Made by a program: the position numbers and the translations under genes
The notes under the pieces: generated by a model
Database searches by the model: none
What the model was told of the DNA's origin: nothing
Seen by the model: the letters and a program-made list of their open reading frames with translations, nothing else
Part shown: one piece after another, positions 55,647 to 64,000 of the stretch
How the letters are laid out: each line of letters opens with the position of its first letter
Position numbering within the stretch: position 1 is the first letter of the stretch
Assembly (NCBI GenBank): GCA_963832165.1
Contig: CAWHTE010000011.1
Coordinates: 32,001-96,000 of the forward strand
DNA: 64,000 nucleotides
Origin: an uncultured delta proteobacterium
GTDB taxonomy: Bacteria > Myxococcota_A > UBA9160 > SMWR01
Direction: 5' to 3'

Positions 55647-57264
55647 ATGAGAGAACTCCATCCGGCTCGCGATGAATTGACGCCGCTCGTGTTCCTCGAG
55701 CGCACCGTGCGTGTGTTTCCGAACAAGACCGCCGTGGTCTACGGCGACGTGCGGCGGACCTGGGCCGAGTTCGGCGAAGACGTCGGGCGCTTCGCGGGTG
55801 CGCTCGTGCGCGCGGGGGTGGCGCCGGGCGACCGCGTGGCCGTGCTGGCGCCGAACGTGCCCGCGCTGCTCGCGGCGCACTTCGCGGTACTGCTCGTGCG
55901 CGGCGCGCTCGTCGCGATCAACACGCGGCTCAACGAGGCGGAGGTCGGCTACATCCTCGACCACTCGGGCGCCAAGGTGGTGTTCGCCGACCCCGAGCTC
56001 GCGCCGCGGGTCGTGGATGCGCCGGGCGGCCTGCGCGCGCGGCCGCTGCTCGTGAACCTCGAGGATCCGGTCGCGGGCGCCACCGAGCGCGTGCTCGACG
56101 GTCCGAGCTTCGCGGAATTCCAGGGCGGCGCGCCCGTGCTGCCGATCACCGGCGGGATCGACGACGAGAACCGGATCACCTCGATCAACTACACCTCGGG
56201 CACGACGGGCCGCCCGAAGGGGGTCATGTACACGCACCGCGGCGCCGCGATCAACGCGCTCGGCGAGGTGATCGCGCACGGACTCGAGCGCGACTCGGTC
56301 TTTCTCTGGACGCTGCCGCTGTTCCATTGCAACGGCTGGTGCTTTCCGTGGGCCGTCACCGCGGTGGGCGGCACGCACGTGATGCTGCGCGCGCTCGATC
56401 CCGGCCGCGTGATCCGGATGATCGAGTCCGAGCGCGTCACGCACTTCAACGGCGCACCCACGGTGCTGCTCATGCTCGCCGAGGCGCCCGAGGCGAAGGG
56501 CGTGCGCTTCGACCCGCCAGGTCCGCGTCGCGACGGGCGGATCGCCGCCATCGCCGACGCTGCTCGCGCGGGTCGAGCAGATGGGCATCCGCGTGACGCA
56601 CCTCTACGGCCTCACCGAGACCTACGGGCCGCACGTCTACTGCGAGCTCCAGCCCGGCTGGGAGCAGCTCGACGTCGAGAAGCGCGCCGCGGTGATGGCG
56701 CGCCAGGGCGTGCCCTACCACGTCGCCACCCACCTGCGCGTGGTCGACGACGAGATGCGCGACGTCCCCGCCGACGCGCAGACGATGGGCGAGGTGGTGA
56801 TGCGCGGGAACAACGTGATGGCGGGTTATTTCGAGGATCCCGAGGCCACCGCGAAGGCGTTCGCGGGCGGCTGGTTCCACTCCGGCGATCTCGGCGTGAT
56901 GCACCCGGACGGCTACATCGAGCTGCGCGACCGCAAGAAGGACATCATCATCAGCGGCGGCGAGAACATCTCGACGATCGAGGTCGAGCACACGGTCGTG
57001 AAGCATCCGGCGGTGCTCGAGTGCGCGGTGGTCGCGATGCCGCACGAGAAGTGGGGTGAGGTGCCCAAGGCGTTCGTCGCACTGCGCCCGGGCCAGAACG
57101 CGAGCGAGCAGGAGCTGATCGAGTTCTGCCGCGAGCGTCTCGCGCACTTCAAGTGCCCCAAGGCGATCGAGTTCGGCGACCTGCCGAAGACGTCGACGGG
57201 CAAGATCCAGAAGTTCCGGCTGCGCGAGAAGGAGTGGGCGGGTCGCACGAGCCGGATCTCGTGA
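55647..57264 (+). CDS. Acyl-CoA synthetase (AMP-binding); +1 frameshift near 56520
   Basis: NYTSGTTGRPKG, FHCNGW, YGLTET, GWFHSGD, PKTSTGKIQK across two frames. Confidence 0.9.
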
Positions 57265-59351
57265 GGCTGCCGAGACCGGAGCGCGAGTCGAGGCGGTGGT
57301 CGCGCGCAGCTCTCTGGGGGCTCGTCGCGCCGGGTGTGTTCACGATCTTCGTGTATATCGCGGCTCCCTGGATCGATCCGCTGCTCACCGAGGCGGATCG
57401 GGCGCGTCTGGCCGTGGCGATCGGATTCGGAGCGGCATTCTGCTTCATCGGGATGATCGTCTTCGGCTCGCTTCGGCAGGCGCCGAGCGGAAGCGACGGC
57501 GCAGCGCGCCTCTCGCTGATGAGCGTGGCGACGTCGTTGATCGCGATCGGGCTCGGCGTCGCATTGCTCGGCACCTCCGGACCCGGCGGTCTTCTCGCGT
57601 CGGTGGGTTGGACGTTGCTCGTCGGTGGGGTCGCCATTCGCGTCGCAGCGCGCATCGGCGGTGCGATCTGGCGGCGCCGTCGGCGCCATCTCCCGGTGAT
57701 GATCTTCGCAGCGATGTGGCTCGGTGCGATCGCCCAGGTGTCGGACGCGCAGCCCGCTCCTCCCGACGACGCGGTGGCCGCGGCGATCCAGTCCCGGCTC
57801 GAGCGCGACTCCGACAGCGCGGCGCTCGCGGTCGAGGGCTCGCCGATTGCGTCGCAGGTCCTGCTGCCGCATTTCTACGAGCGCCGACACTTCCGGGCCG
57901 CGTGGTCGGACCCGGTGGACGTGGATGCGCTGCTCGGCGCGATCCGCGACAGCGAATCCCACGGGCTCGATCCGTCCGACTACCACCTCGCCGCGCTCGA
58001 GGCGCTGCGCCCGAAGCTCGCCGGCGAAGCAGCGCGCATCGCCGGCTTCGATCTGCTGTGCACCGACGCGCTGGTGCGACTGGCCTATCACCTCGAGTAC
58101 GGCAAGGTCGACCCCGCGAGCTACGACGCGGACTGGAACTTCGAGCAGCCGTTCCCCGACGAGGACCCGATCGCCGCGCTCCAGAGCGCACTCGATGCGC
58201 ACCGCGTGCGCGAGGCGGTCGAACAGCGCGCTCCGCAGAGCTGGATCTACGAGCGCATGCGCAGCAGGCTCGCGGAGCTGCGCAAAGTCGCGGCGGCGGG
58301 CGGTTGGCCGCAGGTCCCGGAGGGTCCCACGCTCCGCGCCGGAGACTCGGGTCCGCGCGTGGCGGCGCTGCGGATGCGGCTCGCCGCGGAGGGCGACCTC
58401 GCGCCGGCGGGTGGCGCCGAAGATGTTTTCGACGAGGCGCTCGCCGAAGCGCTGCGCCGCTTCCAGGCGCGCAGCGGGCTCGAGGCGGACGGTGTCGCAG
58501 GCGCGCGCACGGTGTCCGAGCTGAACGTCGCCGCCGCGTCGCGCGTCGATCAGCTGCGCGTCAACCTCGAGCGCACGCGCTGGGTATTGCAGGACCTCCC
58601 CGCGCGCTTCGTGCTCGCGAACGTCCCCTCTTTCGAGGTCTTCCTGTTCGAGGATCGCCAGCTCGTTTGGCGCGCGCGCGCGCAGGTGGGTCGCGAGGTG
58701 CGACGCACGCCGATCTTCCGCGCGGAGATGAAGTATCTCGTGTTGAATCCGACGTGGACGGTTCCGCCCGGGATCCTCGCCAACGACATCCTCTCGGCCG
58801 GTGCGAATGCCGGAGCCGTGGTGAGGCGCAAGGGGCTGCGCGTGATCGATGCCGGTGGCCGCGAGGTCGACCCGGGCAGCGTGAACTGGGGTCGTTATTC
58901 GGTGCGGAACTTCCCGTACCAGCTGCGCCAGGATCCCGGTCCGACCAATGCGCTCGGGCGCATCAAGTTCATGTTCCCGAATCCCCACCTCGTGTACCTG
59001 CACGACACGCCGTCCAAGGCGAAGTTCGAGGCGAGCGATCGCGCGCTGAGCTCGGGCTGCATCCGGATCGAAGACCCGTTCGGCCTGGCCGACGCACTGC
59101 TGCGCGGCTCGGACGGCTGGACGCGCGAGCGCATCGACGCTGTGGTCGCTTCCGAGAAGACCACCACCGTCTGGCTTCCCGAACCCGTGGCGGTGCTGCT
59201 CTTGTACTGGACCGCCCGACCGACACCGGACGGCGAGGTCCGCTTCTTCCGCGATCTCTACGGCCGCGATTCGAAAGTGCTCGCGGGGTTGGCGCGACCG
59301 TTCGAGTTCCGCCGCGCCGAGCGCGACGCGGCGCGGAGCCGCTTCGAGTGA
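57261..59351 (+). CDS. YcbB/LdtD-like L,D-transpeptidase with extra N-terminal membrane domain
   Basis: PG-binding RFQ..GLEADG, NPTWTVP, YLHDTP, SSGCIR. Confidence 0.88.
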   Translation: MRLPRPERESRRWSRAALWGLVAPGVFTIFVYIAAPWIDPLLTEADRARLAVAIGFGAAFCFIGMIVFGSLRQAPSGSDGAARLSLMSVATSLIAIGLGVALLGTSGPGGLLASVGWTLLVGGVAIRVAARIGGAIWRRRRRHLPVMIFAAMWLGAIAQVSDAQPAPPDDAVAAAIQSRLERDSDSAALAVEGSPIASQVLLPHFYERRHFRAAWSDPVDVDALLGAIRDSESHGLDPSDYHLAALEALRPKLAGEAARIAGFDLLCTDALVRLAYHLEYGKVDPASYDADWNFEQPFPDEDPIAALQSALDAHRVREAVEQRAPQSWIYERMRSRLAELRKVAAAGGWPQVPEGPTLRAGDSGPRVAALRMRLAAEGDLAPAGGAEDVFDEALAEALRRFQARSGLEADGVAGARTVSELNVAAASRVDQLRVNLERTRWVLQDLPARFVLANVPSFEVFLFEDRQLVWRARAQVGREVRRTPIFRAEMKYLVLNPTWTVPPGILANDILSAGANAGAVVRRKGLRVIDAGGREVDPGSVNWGRYSVRNFPYQLRQDPGPTNALGRIKFMFPNPHLVYLHDTPSKAKFEASDRALSSGCIRIEDPFGLADALLRGSDGWTRERIDAVVASEKTTTVWLPEPVAVLLLYWTARPTPDGEVRFFRDLYGRDSKVLAGLARPFEFRRAERDAARSRFE

Positions 59352-59382
59352 CCGAGCTTCGTCCCGAGAGGAGGACGCCTTC

Positions 59383-59832
59383 ATGAGACGAGTCGTGATC
59401 GCGCTCGTGCTCGTGGCGATCGTCGCCGGTTGCGAACCTCAGACACAAGAGCCGACAGAGGAGCCGATTGCAGAACCGAGAGGTGACATGCCGAGCGGGA
59501 TCTGGAACACCGCGTGGCGGCTCACGGACCTCGGCGGCGGCGGCGTGATCGACGGCGCTGAGGCGACGCTCGCGTTTCCCGAGGAGGGCAGGGCGGTCGG
59601 CCGCGGCACCTGCAATCGCTTCTTCGCGATCGTAGCCGTCTCGGGCGACTCGATGCGCTTCAGCGGAATCGGCTCGACGCGCATGGCCTGCGCGGAGCCG
59701 CTCTCGTCCCAGGAGACGAAATACCTGAAGGCGCTCGAGTCCGCCGAGCGGTTTGCGATCGAGGGCGGCGGGCTCGTGATCCATTCGAGCGCCCTGCCCG
59801 AGCCGCTGCGCTTCGCGCGCACGGGCCCGTAG
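59383..59832 (+). CDS. META-domain (HslJ-like) lipoprotein
   Basis: Lipobox VAGC, GTCNRF, STRMAC. Confidence 0.88.
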   Translation: MRRVVIALVLVAIVAGCEPQTQEPTEEPIAEPRGDMPSGIWNTAWRLTDLGGGGVIDGAEATLAFPEEGRAVGRGTCNRFFAIVAVSGDSMRFSGIGSTRMACAEPLSSQETKYLKALESAERFAIEGGGLVIHSSALPEPLRFARTGP

Positions 59833-59842
59833 CGACGCGCCG

Positions 59843-60701
59843 CTACTTGACCACCAGCGGATTGATCGGCGCGTCGAACACGCGGTCGCTGGGCAGGGGA
59901 GGGGCGACGAACAGGAACGCATAGCGCCCGTCCGCGGCGCAGGCCTCGGCGAGCCGGTCGAGGTGGAAGGTGTTGCCGAAGCGCACGCCCATGTCGCGCA
60001 CGGCCACCTGGTGGAGCGGCAGCACGCAGTCGTCCGTCTCGGCGGGATGGACCTCGACGCGCGCGGTGTCGGAGGCGATCGCGGCGATCTGTCGCTCGTG
60101 GAGCCAGCGCGCACAGCGCAGCGAGAGGCCGGGCGAGGGTCCTTCCGCATAGCCCCGCCACGAGCCCTCGGCGAAGCAGCGCGAGAGACGGCCCGTGCGC
60201 ACGAGCAGGATGTCGCCCGTGTCGACCGTCACGCCGCACTTCTCCGCGCACGCGTCGAGGTCGGCGGGCAGGATGCGCGTGCCGTCTTCGAGCCAGGGCC
60301 GCCCCGCGAAGAGCGGAAGGTCGAGCAGCACGCCGCGCCCCACCACGCCGTCCGCGAAGCGGTCGATCGCGGCCGCGCGTGCACCGGCCGCCGGCAGCGT
60401 CTCGGGGTCGCGGTCGTTGTAGGCGCGGCCGTCGCGCGCGACGTGCGCGAGCGACTCCCAGCGCGCGCCGCGCGGCGCGCCGCGCTCGTCGTGTGCACCG
60501 AACGGCAGCGCGCACGAGACGACGAGGCCGCTGCGCACGAGGCTCGCGGCCGCGAGCACGCGCGCGCGCGTGACGAAGTTCAGCGTGCCGAGCTCGTCCT
60601 CGGGGCCGAAGCGCTCCCAGTTCGAATAGCTGCCGCCCCCATTCGCGGACCGTGTGCGCGTCGAGCCGTTCCCCGCCCTGCGCGGATAGAGCGCGGCTCA
60701 T
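59843..60701 (-). CDS. Cyclase/kynurenine formamidase-family protein, degenerate; +1 frameshift near 60626
   Basis: SNWERFGPEDELGTLNF, GRGVLLD, GDILLVRTG, PINP; ATGA overlap with kdsB. Confidence 0.78.
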
Positions 60702-61423
60702 CGGGGTTCCCGGATGCGCGCCTCGACTACCGCGATGTCTCCGGGCACGTCCACCGCGGCGCTCGTCCAGCCCTCGATCACGGCGCAGCGGATCGCATGG
60801 CCGTGTTCGAGCGCGCGCAGCTGCTCGAGGCCCTCGGCGCGCTCGGCGGGCGTCGGCGTCAGCGCGGGGAAGCGGAGCAGGAACTCGCGGCGGTAGGCGT
60901 AGATCCCGACGTGCTGCCAGCAGCGCGGCTCGCCGTCGCGCGGGTAGGGGATCGCGCTGCGCGAGAAGTAGAGCGCGCGGCCGCGCCGATCGAGCACCAC
61001 CTTCACGCGGTTCGGATCGGCGAGTGCGTCGGACTCGGCCGCGTGCACGAGCGTGGCGATCGGCGCATCCAGGTCGTCCGCGAGCGCCTCCACGACGGCG
61101 TCCACGACGAAGCCCTCGATCAGCGGCTCGTCGCCCTGCACGTTCACGACCGCGTCGCAGTCGAGCTGCGCAGCGACTTCGGCGATCCGGTCGGTTCCGG
61201 TCGCGTGATCCGCACGCGTGAGCGCAACTTCCGCGCCGAAGCGCCTGCACGCCTCGGCGATGCGCTCGTCGTCGGTGGCGACGATCACGCGCGAGAGCGA
61301 TTTCGCGCTGCTCGCTCCGCGCCACACGCGCTCGATCATCGGCACGCCCGCGATCATCGCGAGCGGCTTGCCGGGAAAGCGCGAAGCCTGGTAACGCGCG
61401 GGAATTACGCCTACCGCTCGCAT
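60698..61423 (-). CDS. kdsB: 3-deoxy-manno-octulosonate cytidylyltransferase
   Basis: IPARYQASRFPGKPL, GTDR, NVQGDEP, LEQLRAL. Confidence 0.95.
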   Translation of the reverse strand: MRAVGVIPARYQASRFPGKPLAMIAGVPMIERVWRGASSAKSLSRVIVATDDERIAEACRRFGAEVALTRADHATGTDRIAEVAAQLDCDAVVNVQGDEPLIEGFVVDAVVEALADDLDAPIATLVHAAESDALADPNRVKVVLDRRGRALYFSRSAIPYPRDGEPRCWQHVGIYAYRREFLLRFPALTPTPAERAEGLEQLRALEHGHAIRCAVIEGWTSAAVDVPGDIAVVEARIREPR

Positions 61424-61458
61424 GACGCGATGCTAACCGAAGGGTACATTGTGCGCTG

Positions 61459-62400
61459 ATGAGCTCTTCTCCTGCCCGGCAGCGCGGTCCCGTCGTCACT
61501 GTTTCGTCGAACAAGGGCGGCGTGGGCAAGACGACGGTCGCGAGCAACCTCGCGATCTACACGCGCGCGCTGCGCGAGGATCTGCCGGTGCTCATCGTGG
61601 GCCTCGACGATCAGGGCACGCTCGACCGGATGTTCGCGATCCAGGACCGGCGCCCCTCCGATGGCAATCTCAAGCACGCCTGGGCAGAACGCAGTTTGGC
61701 GAGCGCCGCGCAGCTCGGGCAGTACGGCGTGCACTTCGTGCCGTCGCCGCCCGACGTGGCATTGCTCAAGGCGCGCGCGTCCGATCCGCGCACGCTCTCG
61801 CGGATCCTCGAGCAGACGGCGTGGCCGGGCCTCGTGATCCTCGACACGAAGAGCGATCTCGAGGCGCTCACCCAGAACGCCTATCACGCGGCCGACCGCA
61901 TCCTGGTGCCGGTCGCCGACTGGTCTTCGCTCGAAGAGGCCGAGAAGATCGTCGCGCTGCTCGAGCGATCGGGCGTGGGCGCCGCGCGGGCGCGGATCGT
62001 ATTCACGCTCGTCGACCGGCGCAGCCGGATCGGTGCAGAAGGGCCCACGCTGTTCGCGCGCCTGCGCGACGAGGTGCGCCGGCGCGGCTGGTCCTACTAC
62101 AAGACGGCGCTCTCGCGCAGCCCACGTGTCGAGACGCTCAACTCGGCCCAGCGCACGCCGCTGTCGATCCTGCACCACGCGAGGGGCACCGAAGTGCACT
62201 CGCAGTTCCGCGAGCTCACGCTCGAGGTGCTCGGCGATCTCGGGATCAGCGATCGGCTCGACCTCGCGCCCGCGCACGACGACGAGAGCGAGCTCTGGCA
62301 TGCGCCCGCGCCCCGCGCGAGCCCGAGAGCTCGGTCGCGAGCGGTGCGGTGCGCTGGGTGGCGCGCTGGCGGCGCTAGCGATAGGCGGAGAAAACGATGA
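61459..62400 (+). CDS. ParA/Soj family ATPase
   Basis: Deviant Walker A KGGVGKTT, ILDT, ADRILVPV. Confidence 0.85.
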   Translation: MSSSPARQRGPVVTVSSNKGGVGKTTVASNLAIYTRALREDLPVLIVGLDDQGTLDRMFAIQDRRPSDGNLKHAWAERSLASAAQLGQYGVHFVPSPPDVALLKARASDPRTLSRILEQTAWPGLVILDTKSDLEALTQNAYHAADRILVPVADWSSLEEAEKIVALLERSGVGAARARIVFTLVDRRSRIGAEGPTLFARLRDEVRRRGWSYYKTALSRSPRVETLNSAQRTPLSILHHARGTEVHSQFRELTLEVLGDLGISDRLDLAPAHDDESELWHAPAPRASPRARSRAVRCAGWRAGGASDRRRKR

Positions 62401-63623
62401 GCACGTTCGGCATCACCGTCGGGGGCGGCCCCGCGCCCGGGATCAACGGCGTGATCGGCGCCGCGGCCACGCGCGCGCTGCGCCGCGGCCACCGCGTGAT
62501 CGGGATCTACGACGGCTTCTCGCGGATCATGGAGGGCGACACGACCCGCGTGGTCGACCTCGATGTCGACGCGGTGGCTCGGATCCACCTCGAGGGCGGA
62601 TCGATCCTGCACACCTCGCGGGCCAACCCGACCAAGAAGCCCGAGCACCTCGCCAACGTCGTGAAGTCGCTGGGCGCGCTCGGCATCGATCACCTGATCA
62701 CGATCGGCGGCGACGACACCGCGTCGTCGTCGAGCCGCGTCGCCGAGCAGGCGGGTGGGAAGATCCGCGTCGCGCACGTGCCCAAGACGATCGACAACGA
62801 CCTGCCGCTGCCCGAAGGCGTGCCCACGTTCGGGTTCGAGACCGCGCGCGAGCACGGCACCACGGTGGTCGAGCGCCTGATCCTCGACATGCAGACCACG
62901 AACCGGTGGTTCTTCATCGTGATGATGGGCCGCTCGGCGGGGCACCTCGCGCTCGGCGCGGGCAAGTCCGCCGGAGCGCCGATCACGCTGATCCCCGAGG
63001 AGTTCCCGAATCCGCTCGCGATCGAGGACGTGGTTCGCACGCTCGAGGGCGCGATCGTGAAGCGGCTCGCCAACGGGCGCCCCGACGGCGTCGCGGTGAT
63101 CGCGGAGGGTGTGGCCTCGGCGATGGATCCGAACGATCCGCTGCTCGCGGATGCGCCGCGCGACGAGCACGGCCACGTTCGGCTCGCCGAGGTGCCGCTC
63201 GCTCGGGTGCTGCGCACGGCCGTCGCCGACGCGCTCGCGGCGCGCGGCGTCAAGGTGACGATCGGCGAGAAGGACGTCGGCTACGAGCTGCGCTGCGGCT
63301 ATCCGACCGCGTTCGATCGCGACTACACGCGCGACCTCGGCGTGGGCGCGGTCGATGCGCTGCTCGCGGGCCAATCGGGCGTACTGATCACGCGCCAGGC
63401 GGGCCGGATCGTGCCCGTGCCGTTCGGCGAGATCATCGATCCGAAGACGAAGAAGTCGCGCGTGCGCGGCGTCGACACGAGCTCGGACAGCTACCGCAAC
63501 GCGCTCGCGCTCCAGGATCGCGTCACCGCGGAAGACCTGGCCGACGCGAAGACGCTCGCCGCGATCGCGGCCGCAGCAGGCCTCACGCCCGAAGAGGCGC
63601 GCAAGCGGTACCAGCCGCTGTAG
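62397..63623 (+). CDS. pfp: 6-phosphofructokinase, PPi-dependent signature
   Basis: GGGPAPG, GGDDT, PKTIDND, MGR, GYELRC. Confidence 0.88.
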   Translation: MSTFGITVGGGPAPGINGVIGAAATRALRRGHRVIGIYDGFSRIMEGDTTRVVDLDVDAVARIHLEGGSILHTSRANPTKKPEHLANVVKSLGALGIDHLITIGGDDTASSSSRVAEQAGGKIRVAHVPKTIDNDLPLPEGVPTFGFETAREHGTTVVERLILDMQTTNRWFFIVMMGRSAGHLALGAGKSAGAPITLIPEEFPNPLAIEDVVRTLEGAIVKRLANGRPDGVAVIAEGVASAMDPNDPLLADAPRDEHGHVRLAEVPLARVLRTAVADALAARGVKVTIGEKDVGYELRCGYPTAFDRDYTRDLGVGAVDALLAGQSGVLITRQAGRIVPVPFGEIIDPKTKKSRVRGVDTSSDSYRNALALQDRVTAEDLADAKTLAAIAAAAGLTPEEARKRYQPL

Positions 63624-63642
63624 GGCGGGTGAAACCCGCCAT
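63620..63642 (+). repeat. Short GTAG REP overlapping the pfk stop codon
   Basis: GTAGGGCGGGTGAAACCCGCCAT. Confidence 0.72.
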
Positions 63643-64000
63643 CTTGCTCAGGCTGTTCCAAAGCGACGGACTCGGCGGCCCCCTTGAACCCTGCCGCGGC
63701 CGCGATCGCGCCCCCTGAGCGATCCTGGCGCGTCCCCGCAGGTGCGCACCGATCCGATGGCGTCCGTGCGCGAGCGCCGGCGGGGCACCCGAGGGGCTCG
63801 TCCTGACATTCCAGCTAACTCAGCGATTTCATTGAGGCCGGCTCGACCGGCGACGACACGGAGTCGGCCCGCTCGCGCGCGGCGGATCCGCCCGCGGGTC
63901 GACCGCGAACTGGATTCAAATCCAGTTCGCCAACCGCAACACTTCACCTTCCCCGCGCGCCGCTCGGATGGACTCGTCCGCGGGTCGGCGCGAACGCGGG

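Noticed and set aside
62290..62400. Possible frameshift in the ParA C-terminus
   Set aside because: The current frame ends in a natural ATGA overlap with pfk; no evidence to prefer the alternative
63811..63836. CAGCTAACTC resembling the c-di-AMP riboswitch 3' motif
   Set aside because: Rest of the aptamer is absent; more likely an AT-rich protein-binding site in a promoter that runs off the window

Overview
Very GC-rich bacterial chromosomal DNA from a diderm (kdsB, TpsB, PEP-CTERM proteins); gene content resembles Myxococcota-like lineages, which is inference only. About 48 genes are supported. Housekeeping and metabolic genes include xth, speA, hisS, topB, purU, kdsB, a PPi-type Pfk, ParA, a two-component pair and an alternative complex III operon (actABCDEF). 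The most notable elements are five. (1) A ~330-nt, densely base-paired intergenic RNA candidate at 53255-53586 (-) with its own -10 box and U-tract terminator, which matches no family I recognise. (2) A CRISPR-independent TpsA/TpsB + exported TPR-CHAT protease + DUF928 + ECF sigma/anti-sigma-DUF928 locus at 3833-15124. (3) A GTAG-type REP family, one doublet of which lies in-frame inside an HNH nuclease gene, plus a stand-alone Y1 HUH (RAYT-like) transposase. (4) Frequent leaderless TANNNT-N6-8-start promoters, including overlapping bidirectional ones. (5) Two apparent pseudo-enzymes and a giant DUF1302-like protein. Six +1 frameshifts in otherwise intact genes look like sequencing indels. No rRNA, tRNA or CRISPR array was seen. 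All family calls come from motif recognition by eye, not database searches.
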